Below, in pieces: positions 28,809 through 38,763 of a DNA stretch of 64,000 bases. The position numbers were made by a program, and so were the translations under genes. The stretch lies in IMG/VR virus record IMGVR_UViG_3300005534_000001, positions 1 to 64,000 of that record, one strand, 5' to 3'. The notes under the pieces were generated by a model that worked only from the letters and a program-made list of their open reading frames with translations, had not been told where the DNA came from and did no database searches. Every line of letters begins with the position of its first letter. Position 1 is the stretch's first letter. This DNA is from a virus.

Positions 28809-31006
28809 ACCGTCACCCCGTAATAGATCTGTCCTGCCTTGCGAATCTGCTTGGCAATTACCAACCCATTCATTATCCCCTCGAACTGGTGGATGTCACA
28901 GCCGTACTGCATGAGGGCTGCATAAAGTATTCCGCCTGGGATTCCTGTCTTACCTGATTCGTTTACGGCTTCGATTATGAAGTCGCCTAAGAGTTTGAGA
29001 GTGTTGTGCGTGGATGTCATTGGTTGTTGCTCAATTCTATTTGGAGAACTCGCTCCAGGTCATATAGTTGAACGTTCGATGTTAGTCCGTCATCCCACTT
29101 GACGGTAAATGCGGCATATCCTTTGTCGGTTACTTCGCCCTTACTTCCGTCAACGTGAGTGACCTTGCTGCCCACTTTCATTCTGGTTAGATCGTCTGTG
29201 TTCATATTCTTATTCCTCTTTAGCCCACAATCCCAGCGCGTTGATGGTATTCTTTCTTGAGTTTGGAATCGCGTCTCTTTATGAGTTCGATACTGCGGGA
29301 GCACGATTCGAATCCCTTAGCCTTGTACTGCTGGTCTCGCGTGTATCCTCCGAGGCCGTAACGTCTCGCAGTGATTTTACAAACTGAGCAGCGGGCCGTA
29401 TCGAAACTAGGGCCGCCATTTACAACTTGAGTAACTAAATTGGTTTTCTCCCATGAGTGCGGACTGTGGCCTTTGTCTTTCTGGTCGGCAGTGCGAACAT
29501 CAACAAGTCTGCGCGGGAGCTCTCCAGGGCGCAGGCTGCTATTGAAATTGTTGATGGTCTGTTCGGAATATGAGCGGGCCGCCTCAATGGATGATATGGT
29601 CGGCTTGTCGTAAGTCTCTTCGCAGTTCTCACCGCGTTCATCGGTTACTACGCAGATGAATTTCATTGATGGTTCCTCGTTATCCTGAATTCGCCAGTGC
29701 TCAAAGACTGGGCGATTGATCTTCCCCATTGATAGCCGCAATTAACGGAGCAGAATTCTCCGTCTCCATTGACTCCATACTTCCCAGAGAACGTCCGAGT
29801 AATCGGGCCATTAGCCGGGCAATCGAAAATCACATAAGGCTTCAGTGGCTTTTTGCAGAGTCGGCATTTCGGGCGAGAGGCGAATGGCGCAATATGTAAG
29901 CTGTCGATGATTGGAGTCGTCATTTCCACTCCTCAACGAGTTTCGCTTTAACTGATTTTCCACGATGCATCAATGCAATTGAAAGCGCCAGCATCGCAGT
30001 GTGAGCCGTGGCATCTTTGCAAACCACGGTCAGCTTGTGCAATAGAAGTTTGATTGCTTTCGGCTGTACTCCATCAGGCCAGCAAGCGCACGTATCGGCA
30101 ATATGCCTGGGTCTCGCGGCATCTGAACTTACCGTGTTGCCGGTTACGGTGATCTTTGGAACTGATTCGTTCATATCCACTCCTCAATTTGAGCCACTGG
30201 TTTAACTTCGGACTCGTACCTGAATTTGGCCACAGCATCATCAATGGCTTTCTTGATGGCTTCGGCCTGTTGCTTGTCGCGGGCCTGCACCTGAAAAGTT
30301 ACTTGGTAGACTACGCCAGCCCTTCTCATGCTTCCACCACCCTATAAAAGAAATTCCCGCGATTCTTGGACTCCAGTTCTGGAAACTGCTCAATGCACTT
30401 GTCCAGCGTCCTGTATCCAGACCAATCGCCATACTCGCAGACGATCACGAAGTTACGAGCCTCTGGATCTTTCGGCTCTTCTATCTTGGCCATCTTGCGG
30501 TTGATGAGCGCGTAAATTGTGCGTCCGGTTGTCATCTGCGACCAGCTTTCATCGGTGAATAGTTGTAATACATCACGAAATGGTGATCCACGTCATTCCA
30601 GAATTTCTGCTGGCATTCGGTTAGCGGCGTGTCGCTTTCAGTGTAGACCTGATAAGCGTATCCACCGAGCAGATAATTGAGTAGGCGGTTGCGCTCTTCG
30701 GCGCTCAACTTGTCAATTGCGCCCATTATTGATACCGTATCGTCTTTGGTGATTGGCTTGAGTCCAATTGTCGCCATTTTCGGATCTCCTCAAATTCTAT
30801 GGCCGTATTTCGCCCGGCCTGTCGGTTACTACCATTTTCCCGAACGCTCCGTAAACGCCGGAGAAGCGTCTAGCGAGGATCTTCTTCATCTGGTTCTGGA
30901 TATCCGCTATCTCGTGGTGAACGCATGTGATATGCGCAGAACTGGGAATCTTCGTGCCGTTCATAGGGGCAATCTTCAACCGCGCATTCATCTCCGAAAA
31001 CTTCAC
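28805..31006 (-). CDS. cluster of about nine short early hypothetical ORFs
   Basis: Head-to-tail ORFs (e.g. 28805-29020, 29017-29205, 29220-29666, 29663-29923, 29920-30174, 30326-30535, 30532-30777, 30797-31006) with GAGG RBSs. Confidence 0.55.
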
Positions 31007-31030
31007 GCAAGTTCATTACGACCTCCTCGG

Positions 31031-32704
31031 TTAAAATTCAGCTACTAATTCCGCCTTGCCTACTCCGTTGCAGGTTGAGCACTTCACATATCCGCAATTG
31101 TCGCGGCGATCTTTCAGCGGATCTTCGTCGCGATGTTCCTGTACCCAGGTAGTGATCTGTTTGAATGAGTAATCCCTGCCGGAGCCATCACAGGCAGTGC
31201 AATAGCCGTTCTGCTTGCACCATTCAATATGCTCTTGCTTCTTGACTTCTCCGGCTGCTTTCTCGCCCTGTTTCCAGAACTTCTTCTGTTCCTTCGTCCG
31301 GTTGAAAGCGCAGCGGGTAATAACTGTCTGCTTGATGCCTTCCCGCTCTTCGTGTTTCTTGATGCTGGCCAGGACGGTAACAGTCTCGCCTTCCCGGATG
31401 TCATGCTCTGGAGAGCCGAAGACTTCTGGTTGATCGGGAACGCTCAAGCGATTCGAGGCCCACCATACAAAGACATTCCCTTCGGCATCTGAGAACTTGT
31501 AAAGAGTCGAGACGCCGTAATCGCTATCAAATTCGCGGGTAAACTCCATCGTGAGAGTCAATTCCATGCGTTGCTTTGGCTCTCCGATGAACTTAGAATT
31601 CTTGTGTAGGTCGGCCAGTTTCGCCCGATTGATTGCCCGTTCCTTTTCGCGCAGGAAAGAGGCAATCGAGGAAACCGCTAATCCAATCTGGCGAACTTCG
31701 ATGATTTGGGCGCGGCCTAACAGGCTCAGATTGTAGAGATAGTCATTTTCCGTGGTGGCGTCAACCTGCTCAAGCCACTCTTCCGTCTCGGTCGCCATCT
31801 TGATATCTTCCTCAATGACCGCTGGAACCTCTAGCCGTGCCTCAAGACGGGCATCGCGGTACTTTTTGGCGTCATAGAGCCATGAACTAACCCCGGCTGC
31901 CGTGCTGGGCTTGTAGGCTGCTTCAGCCTTTGCTTTAGAGAGCCATCCATCAATTCGAATGAGGGAAGCGGCGAACTTCAGAACTGTGTCTAGGCTATAC
32001 CGCTCAGTACGCCGTCTTCCGCTTCCACCTTCACCCCAGCCGTCATCTTCTGAAGCGCCAGCCAGATCCCAAGCGTTAATCAGCAGTTCGGCCATCGCTG
32101 CGTAACTTTCAGGAGAGATACCGCCAAGGAAGTCAGCCAAGCAGTTGCGGCCTACCTGTTTTGTGGCCGACTCATTCTGGACAATGAACACGTCATTGCG
32201 GCGGCGAATCGTCTGGCAATGGTCGCAATGGAGGTCGGCATTCCTGTATTCGGCGGGAACCGGGGGAGCGCCGGGAACGTTGCGGACTTCGTTGCCCACG
32301 ATCTTGCCATCTTCGTCTGTAACTGGGTGAATCGTGGCGATGAACGTCCAGCCTGCTACCTTTGGCGCTTTCCCTTCAACTACGATTTCAAAGATGCGGC
32401 GAAACCGGCCACTGTCCATCATTGCGCCGTCAACATTGAACGAGAGGTCAGGGACGCGGATAGGCACTTCATGCTGCCCGGTCACACGCATGACGATTTC
32501 GGGAAGGTTGAGTTTCCGAGCGCGGCGATTCAATTTCTCAAAGCGTCCTTTTAGAGCTTCGAAATTGTCTTCAGGCACTTCAAAGCAGGTAACGGGTTGA
32601 GGATCAAGAACCGAGTCGCAGCCTGTGCAATTCCAGAGGCCAGCGTAATAATGCAGAGTGTTTTCGCGGGAGCACTTCGGGCAGGTTGTGATGTTGGTCT
32701 TCAT
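31031..32704 (-). CDS. large conserved phage early protein with Zn ribbons and probable C-terminal OB fold
   Basis: CDHC...RRR...QVG..CL.DF; FIG....R.EL...YG...LYKF.D..GN..VW.AS...IKKH.E..G.KQT.I.R. Confidence 0.7.
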   Translation of the reverse strand: MKTNITTCPKCSRENTLHYYAGLWNCTGCDSVLDPQPVTCFEVPEDNFEALKGRFEKLNRRARKLNLPEIVMRVTGQHEVPIRVPDLSFNVDGAMMDSGRFRRIFEIVVEGKAPKVAGWTFIATIHPVTDEDGKIVGNEVRNVPGAPPVPAEYRNADLHCDHCQTIRRRNDVFIVQNESATKQVGRNCLADFLGGISPESYAAMAELLINAWDLAGASEDDGWGEGGSGRRRTERYSLDTVLKFAASLIRIDGWLSKAKAEAAYKPSTAAGVSSWLYDAKKYRDARLEARLEVPAVIEEDIKMATETEEWLEQVDATTENDYLYNLSLLGRAQIIEVRQIGLAVSSIASFLREKERAINRAKLADLHKNSKFIGEPKQRMELTLTMEFTREFDSDYGVSTLYKFSDAEGNVFVWWASNRLSVPDQPEVFGSPEHDIREGETVTVLASIKKHEEREGIKQTVITRCAFNRTKEQKKFWKQGEKAAGEVKKQEHIEWCKQNGYCTACDGSGRDYSFKQITTWVQEHRDEDPLKDRRDNCGYVKCSTCNGVGKAELVAEF

Positions 32705-32724
32705 GAACGCAAGCCTCAATTGTT

Positions 32725-32790
32725 CTTATACAGAACGGGAAAACAATTGTCAATAAAATTGTTCAACTTAAGAACATTTTGTGATATAAG
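32725..32790. promoter_or_regulatory. divergent promoters with repeated (C)AATTGT boxes
   Basis: Minus: TTGACA-17-TATAAG. Plus: TTCAAC-17-TATAAG, 9 nt before ATG 32800. CAATTGT at 32717 and 32744, AATTGT at 32757. Confidence 0.6.
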
Positions 32791-32799
32791 GAATCCTGT

Positions 32800-32973
32800 A
32801 TGGCGATTATATGGCTGTTCACAAGGCGAATCGGCAAGAAAATCAGGGCTGGATTCTGTGAGAATTGCGCCTATATCTGGCTGATTCGCGGGGAGTTACC
32901 CGTCCAGTGCGGGAATCAAGAGAAGCGATGCAGGAACTGGAATACCCCTAAAGTCAAAGGAGCGAAAAAATGA
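32800..32973 (+). CDS. small zinc-ribbon protein (57 aa)
   Basis: Manual translation ...CENCAYIWLIRGELPVQCGNQEKRCRNWN... Confidence 0.6.
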   Translation: MAIIWLFTRRIGKKIRAGFCENCAYIWLIRGELPVQCGNQEKRCRNWNTPKVKGAKK

Positions 32974-33624
32974 AGAGCACGTATTACGATGCGCTTAAGC
33001 AAGCACTCAATCAACCGGCTATTGATAATTGCAAACTCAGCAACGATCAACTGGCTTCTGCCATTACCGGTATAACCGCTACTCTCGCCGGATATTTACC
33101 AGATACAGTCCGCCTGGAACTCGTAGCGGATCGAGCAGAGTTACGCGCAACTCTCAAACGGCGGACATCATGAAACTCCTCTGGATTAAATCCGACAACA
33201 TAGGCGGCCTCTGGGAGAGTGAGCCGAAAACGACGAGGAAAATGATTTAGAAGAGAGGACAAACTAAAATGCCAAACATGAACTATTGCCGATTTTCAAA
33301 TACCCTCAGTGATCTAAAAGATTGCTGCCAATACATGGATGATCAAGCGGAATCTCCAGAAGAAGAAGAGGCAAAACAAAAATTAATCAAGTTATGTCGA
33401 GCCATCGCGGCTGACTACGAGGAATAAAAATGGACCAACAAACTCTCAACAAAATCCAGGAAAACATAGAGTCGGAAGAAAGCAGCCAAGACATGAGACG
33501 CGAACCCAAAAAGCGTAAAGACTCGCCAAAAGAGTTCCGGGAAGATTCTCGTCTATTTGGGGAACAGCAATTTGCGGGAGATGTAGCGGAACGGGGATGT
33601 AGCCTAAATCCTCGCAACCCCTAG
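32970..33624 (+). CDS. short hypothetical ORFs (32970-33173, 33269-33427, 33430-33624)
   Basis: 33269-33427 reads MPNMNYCRFSNTLSDLKDC, a pattern recalled from phage early proteins. Confidence 0.6.
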
Positions 33625-33657
33625 ATAACGCTTAGATTATAGACATACTCTCGCTAC

Positions 33658-33698
33658 ACACTTCCTTACACTTCCTTAACAGTGTTCTACGTGGAACG
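33658..33698. promoter_or_regulatory. parS-like palindrome preceded by a 10-bp tandem repeat
   Basis: TGTTCTACGTGGAACG (33683-33698) matches TGTTCCACGTGGAACA at 14/16; ACACTTCCTT twice at 33658-33677. Confidence 0.45.
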
Positions 33699-33714
33699 TG
33701 CTATCGTTACAAAC

Positions 33715-33900
33715 CTACTCCCTAACTGGCTCATAAACCAATCCATCGCCTGATACTTTCGTTCCCAATTTCCGCCCACGCTTCAGTGACTCCCGGTTCC
33801 AAGTTGTTCTCTTGCACTTTGCGCAGCATCGAGGCGTAGTTTTGGCGAGCCACTCGTGCTGGCAGTCAAGATGGCGGCAGTGGCAGAGTATTCGTTTCAT
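33715..33900 (-). CDS. small zinc-ribbon protein with basic KRGRK tail
   Basis: C...C.HEW....PRCCAKC....WN. Confidence 0.65.
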   Translation of the reverse strand: MKRILCHCRHLDCQHEWLAKTTPRCCAKCKRTTWNRESLKRGRKLGTKVSGDGLVYEPVRE

Positions 33901-34073
33901 TTGTTGGCCTTCTGAGAGCGGAAGTCATGGCGACATCCACGGCAAGAGTCATTTGGCCTCCGCGCGGGGAGGATTCGCGGGCGTCCCAAGGGTTAGGGTG
34001 CAGGGTGGATGTTGCCGGTCATCGGCTCCATGTGTATGAGCGCGTCCGCTTGGCCGAGTTGTGAGCCACACGA

Positions 34074-34277
34074 TCAAGCGGCAACCTCTGGCAAGCGGAA
34101 TCGGACGAGCCACGAAGGCCCAAATGCATTGCGGACATTCTGCAAAGCGGCAGAGTCGCAATCCGAGGGATAATTGCCGGTCATCCAACAGTCACGAAGT
34201 TCCGACTTCCAGCGGCGACCATACTGAGCGGCAAAACATCTCAAGGCGTTCAGTTGTTCGGCACTAAGTTGATTCAT
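34074..34277 (-). CDS. conserved small early protein
   Basis: AL..FA..YGRRWKS.L...W..G....LQ.VRN.FGPSWL; GGAGG RBS. Confidence 0.7.
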   Translation of the reverse strand: MNQLSAEQLNALRCFAAQYGRRWKSELRDCWMTGNYPSDCDSAALQNVRNAFGPSWLVRFRLPEVAA

Positions 34278-34294
34278 TTTTAGTACCTCCACAG

Positions 34295-34342
34295 CTACTC
34301 TCTCACCGCACAATCCAGGGAGAGAGTAGGAATCGGGATACT
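34295..34342. repeat. intergenic hairpin repeat, copy 1
   Basis: CTACTCTCTCACC...GAGAGAGTAGGAATCGGGATACT. Confidence 0.75.
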
Positions 34343-34695
34343 CACTCACCAATGAGCAGATCATCGACAAATACTCTCCCCTCCCCAATACAATCGCCGG
34401 AGACGATACGCAGGACACATCCAGTCGGCAAGGTTACCCACTTACGGACTTCGGTGAAAAATCCATTGTTACTCTCGGCATTTCCCGCCTGGAGAATTGG
34501 CGCAGGGCCAGATAAGTGGCGGAACTCTACATATGCGCCGCCGCTACCAAAAGTCGTGAATCCCTCCACGAGAAGGAATTGCGGGGTGCCGGATACGGGG
34601 CGAGGTTGGCGCGGTTCGGATGGCTTCACCAAATCGGCGCGGAAATAAGATGCTTCGATCTGCTCTTCTTCTTGTTGCGTAAACGGATAAGTCAT
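34342..34695 (-). CDS. hypothetical early protein
   Basis: GAAGGAG RBS before ATG 34695. Confidence 0.65.
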   Translation of the reverse strand: MTYPFTQQEEEQIEASYFRADLVKPSEPRQPRPVSGTPQFLLVEGFTTFGSGGAYVEFRHLSGPAPILQAGNAESNNGFFTEVRKWVTLPTGCVLRIVSGDCIGEGRVFVDDLLIGE

Positions 34696-34720
34696 ATTTT
34701 CTCCTTCGAAAGTTTTTGTA

Positions 34721-34762
34721 CCTACTCTCTCACCAGGGTCAGAGAGTAGGAATTGAGATGCT
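34721..34762. repeat. intergenic hairpin repeat, copy 2
   Basis: CCTACTCTCTCACC...AGAGAGTAGGAATTGAGATGCT. Confidence 0.75.
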
Positions 34763-34836
34763 AGCGCTGATCTTGACCGAATCAGCATGAGGGTAAGGCG
34801 GCCCACGGTTCGTGCCGGTGTTTCGGCGGCACAAAC

Positions 34837-34995
34837 TTACCAATATTGAGAAACTGGCAATCTTGATATTTCGCCGCCACAGATCTCATACCCGTAGCAG
34901 TGCTCTCCGACATGGACAGCGGCCCACGTCTCATCATGCATGACAACTTTGTTAGCGTTGAGTTGCTTTGCGAATTCTTGCTCTTGAGCGGTCAT
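34837..34995 (-). CDS. short early protein (52 aa)
   Basis: GAAGGAG RBS; MTAQEQEFAKQLNANK... Confidence 0.6.
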   Translation of the reverse strand: MTAQEQEFAKQLNANKVVMHDETWAAVHVGEHCYGYEICGGEISRLPVSQYW

Positions 34996-35036
34996 CGGGT
35001 TTTCTCCTTCGTCGCTAGTAGCGACCTACAAGAGCA

Positions 35037-35064
35037 ATATTACCGGAAGTAAATCTATTGTCAA
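35037..35064 (-). promoter_or_regulatory. sigma70-type early promoter
   Basis: TTGACA-16 nt-TAATAT. Confidence 0.6.
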
Positions 35065-35225
35065 GCATAAAACCGGTAAATGGGTAAATTATTTCAATGG
35101 TTCTATTGGCTGTGCGTTCCATTTTCTAGAATGGCACTTAGCGCAATGGGTTGGCAGTTTACCGGTCGGGAGCCAGATATGCTGGCACTGGGAGCACTGG
35201 AGGGCCTGGACTTGGATGACTGGCA

Positions 35226-35668
35226 TTACTTTATCTCCAGAATTTCAAAGTCAGACCGAAGTGGCAGTTTCCCGCTTAAGCCTCGCACGAAGCAGCGAAG
35301 CGCAGCAATCTGCTGTTCGCGGGTCTTCTGCGCAAGAACTATGTCTAGAGCCTCGCCAAGGATCTTAAGTTCTTGGTTGTCATCAATCATGCTTTTACCT
35401 CGCTGAACTCCACATACCCGCACAGGCCACAGGTACCGGCCAGCGGATCGGGCAGAACTTGGTCACAGCCGAGGCAGCGGATTGCTGATACTGGAGCGGA
35501 ATGCATTACGCGAATCCTCAAATCTCGACTCCAGCCGCGCTGAACTGAGCGCAAAGACCGCAGATACTTTGCGGCATCGCGGCGATTCGAGCCGTAATGT
35601 ACGGTGATGGGCTGGGCAGTCTTCAGAATGCCCGAGTATTGGGTAATCGTGATGTTTGGTTTGTTCAT
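35226..35668 (-). CDS. two short early ORFs (35226-35390, 35387-35668)
   Basis: ATGA-coupled; the second has CLGC...CGLC. Confidence 0.6.
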
Positions 35669-35675
35669 GTGCTAA

Positions 35676-35703
35676 ACATTAACACATGTGTGCCCATTGT
35701 CAA
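35676..35703 (-). promoter_or_regulatory. sigma70-type promoter, leaderless transcript
   Basis: TTGACA-16 nt-TAATGT with extended -10 TG, 7 nt before ATG 35668. Confidence 0.65.
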
Positions 35704-35730
35704 CAGTAAATAGTTATGGGTTGATAGATT

Positions 35731-36006
35731 TTGAGGGGGTTGAGGGAGGGGATGGGCGCTGGCCATTGGGATGTCCTCTGCGGGAAGATTGCTGATTTCT
35801 ACTTCCCGGATCAGAGGCTAGTTGTTGAAATAGATGGCGGATACCACTATTTCAAGAAAGGCCAACGCGCAAAAGACAGGGGCAGGCAAAGGGTAATAGA
35901 GAAAAGCGGACGCCGCGTTATCAGATTCGACAATAAAGACGTCATTAATTTCCCAGAGCATACAATTGCGGCGATACTGAAAGCTCTTGGGCCAGCCTTT
36001 GAGTAG
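35731..36006 (+). CDS. DUF559 (Vsr-like) endonuclease, possibly N-terminally truncated
   Basis: ADFY...RLVVEIDGGYH...D..R...I...G..VIRF.N. Confidence 0.75.
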   Translation: MRGLREGMGAGHWDVLCGKIADFYFPDQRLVVEIDGGYHYFKKGQRAKDRGRQRVIEKSGRRVIRFDNKDVINFPEHTIAAILKALGPAFE

Positions 36007-36566
36007 TCACTACACACTTCTTAACAATGTTATCCGTGGAACTAATGTTGCCCTTTTCTCCCAAAATCCACATTTTATTAATTTTGTGCTTGACAATGGC
36101 AAAGTGGTAACCATAAAGTGTCACTTGTTGATCATGGACAATCCTCCTTCGACTGGTAGTGCGGCCTCTGTGGAGAAGCAGGGGCCGCCTGTATATGGAG
36201 AATTGCATCCAGTTTTATCGTCGTTCACAGTATTTCCCGTAAATTCAAGTTATTCAAGTGCAAAATACCACAACAGAAAGGCAGCAATTCCGATGGTTTA
36301 CACGTTGTCCGGCGGCTTGCAACAAAGGGCGACCGACATCCCTGAAATCTGTGTCTCAGCAGCTATGGGAGCGAAACGGGTGTTAATTGCAAGCGGATAT
36401 GCCAATCACACAACGCGCACGATCCGGCTGGAGTCTGGGACCTTCCAGCCGGTTGAGATCGCCAAATAATACCGATTAAGCCCAGCTCCACCCAAGTGAG
36501 CAGGGAATAAATGCTCGCACACCAAGAGCCGACATCCGGCGAAATACAAGCATATTATTTTTTAAA

Positions 36567-37082
36567 ATGAATGACTTAGGAACCTGTAAAGCAGGCGGCC
36601 CAGGCGGTACTCATCCTAATTACGGGAAGCCCCATATTGCTGTCGAAGGGAAATTCGAAGGCCGGCCAAGATCCTCATGTCGCGCTTGTGGTCGATGGCT
36701 TGGGACTTCGCCGGGGATTGGCGGCCAGCAAACAACGGTAGCAGTCTACTATCAGGGGCAGGCTCCGGATGGACCGCCAGCAGAGTTCACGACTCGGGAG
36801 CGAGCAGAGCAACTCAAGAGTGGGGGTAGGGCGCAGAGCATCAATCACGGCAAGGCGATACGGATTATGACGGTGCGGCCAAGCATGGCCGGGGTGAGAG
36901 AGTCGAGAAAGCTTGGCTGGCAGAAGCTCCCTAGTGGATGTGTGACCACAATGCAACTCTCAGGTGAGGTTGATACGGTGAAGCGCGGTCGCACGAAGAT
37001 TTCCAGGGGCCCGGAGTATTGTTCAGCGCGGGATGTAAACTTCGTGCCAAAATCTCTGGAAAGTGCTACAGTACGGCCATGA
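36567..37082 (+). CDS. hypothetical protein, first clear ORF of the plus-strand arm
   Basis: ORF with CRAC motif. Confidence 0.55.
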   Translation: MNDLGTCKAGGPGGTHPNYGKPHIAVEGKFEGRPRSSCRACGRWLGTSPGIGGQQTTVAVYYQGQAPDGPPAEFTTRERAEQLKSGGRAQSINHGKAIRIMTVRPSMAGVRESRKLGWQKLPSGCVTTMQLSGEVDTVKRGRTKISRGPEYCSARDVNFVPKSLESATVRP

Positions 37083-37250
37083 CAGACGCAGAAAAGTTCG
37101 TCCGCGAAAGACTCCCCGAGGCTGAATGTTGCGGCCCAATGCGAAACGGAAGGCCGCATCCCGAAGGTGGATACATGTTATTTGCTATGCGATCTTGCAG
37201 TGGGCCATTCAGTAGCGGAGACTGCCAAGCCTGAGACCGTCAAGCCTTCC

Positions 37251-37610
37251 ATGAAGATGCAGGATATTCACAAGCCATGCCCGTATTGCGGGAAGCCGTT
37301 CGAGGACGGTAGTTTCCGCAGCGCTGGCAATGCTCTGGAAAATCACATCCGCAATAAGCATTCACAGGTAATCGACAAACCCCGTATCCGTGAAAGCCGA
37401 GCACAGGCCATTCCAAGAGTCCCAGGATATCGGCGCGGGGTCGGAGTACTTACGCTCACAGAGAAACAGGAAGAGATGCGCCAAAGGATGGAAGTAGCGC
37501 GAAAGGCTGCTTACATCAGAGGCGCACGAAGCAAGTTTACCGGCCAATCTTCGCGGCCCGTGCCAATCACTCACAACTCAATCGCGGCGTCTTGCGATTT
37601 TGGCCGGTAA
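37251..37610 (+). CDS. C2H2 zinc-finger protein
   Basis: CPYCGKPF...ALENHIRNKH. Confidence 0.6.
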   Translation: MKMQDIHKPCPYCGKPFEDGSFRSAGNALENHIRNKHSQVIDKPRIRESRAQAIPRVPGYRRGVGVLTLTEKQEEMRQRMEVARKAAYIRGARSKFTGQSSRPVPITHNSIAASCDFGR

Positions 37611-37894
37611 TGGACAACCTTCGCACTCCGGAAGTAGTAGCGAAAGAACTTGAGCAACTTGCCGCCGATCTGCGCTCTGGAAAAGTTGAGCGATACCAAG
37701 CGCCAAAGTTGATTTCCAAGCTTGCGAATCGAGTTGAGAGAGCATGAAGCGTGATATCTACGGAAACCCTCGGATGTCTCCCGATGAGTGGATTGCTACT
37801 CGTATCGGCTGGGGCTGGGGAGTCGTGGTTGTCATGGGATTCGTGGCCTTTATCGTTGGCTTATGGGAAACTGCTAAACACTTTTAGAATCAGA

Positions 37895-38266
37895 ATGCTT
37901 CTGGTCAAGACAGAAATCAAGCCAAGCTCAATTCACGGCATTGGTCTTTTCGCGGGCGAGGATATTGCAGCAGGGACGCTGGTGTGGGAATTCCGTGAGC
38001 CATTTGACCGGCACATGCCTGAGTCTGAATTTTATGCCCTCCCTCAGATAGCGCAAGAGCACGTTCGGCAAAGATCGATGCACAGCAAAGATGGCTGGTA
38101 TCTGTTCACTGGCGACAACGACCGATTCATCAATCATTCTGAGTTTGCCAATCTCATTACCAACGAAGAAATAAGCCAAAGCCATGCAGCGAGAAATATC
38201 GCGCGAGGCGAAGAACTTACCGAAGATTATCGGCTCTACAATGAGCCCGAAGGATTAAGTTTATGA
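37895..38266 (+). CDS. SET-domain protein-lysine methyltransferase
   Basis: SSIHGIGLFA.EDI..G, RFINHS...N, ARNI.RGEELT.DY. Confidence 0.9.
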   Translation: MLLVKTEIKPSSIHGIGLFAGEDIAAGTLVWEFREPFDRHMPESEFYALPQIAQEHVRQRSMHSKDGWYLFTGDNDRFINHSEFANLITNEEISQSHAARNIARGEELTEDYRLYNEPEGLSL

Positions 38267-38763
38267 GAAAAAACAGATTCACCAATTTCAAGGCATGGCT
38301 GGTTCTGACGCTGGTCATCGTTGCAATCTCAGGCTGCATCAAGCGGCAAGGTACCGGCAAGCCAGTTACGCCATTCGAGCAGGTGATGGTCTGGAATGAT
38401 GCTCTGGCGCAGACCAATAACAGCGTGGCCAAAGGGATCATAGCGGTAAGCTCTGGTACCTCTCCGCTGGTTATGCCGGACAAAGCAGCCGTGATTCTTC
38501 TCCAGCAGCGTAATATTGCAACAGCCGACCAGCAATTGACGATCATTTTCAAGACAGGGCAGGCCGGCGCAACACTTCAGGCAGCGCAGATCCAGGCGTT
38601 ACTCAGTCAGATCAAGGCGGCCTCACTGGTACTCGTTGATTCCGGAGCCATCGGCGTAAAGAATCCGGCGAGTAAGCAGACGTTCGATGCTGATATCCAA
38701 GCCATCGGAGATTTAATTACCAATATCACGAGCGGGTTGAAGTCGGCGGGGGTGATTCAATGA
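38263..38763 (+). CDS. lipoprotein
   Basis: Basic N-region, hydrophobic H-region, lipobox ISG-C. Confidence 0.75.
   Translation: MRKNRFTNFKAWLVLTLVIVAISGCIKRQGTGKPVTPFEQVMVWNDALAQTNNSVAKGIIAVSSGTSPLVMPDKAAVILLQQRNIATADQQLTIIFKTGQAGATLQAAQIQALLSQIKAASLVLVDSGAIGVKNPASKQTFDADIQAIGDLITNITSGLKSAGVIQ

Noticed and set aside
35987-36469. 160-aa ORF in the strand-switch region
   Set aside because: TTG start inside the upstream gene, no SD, atypical composition; probably spurious.
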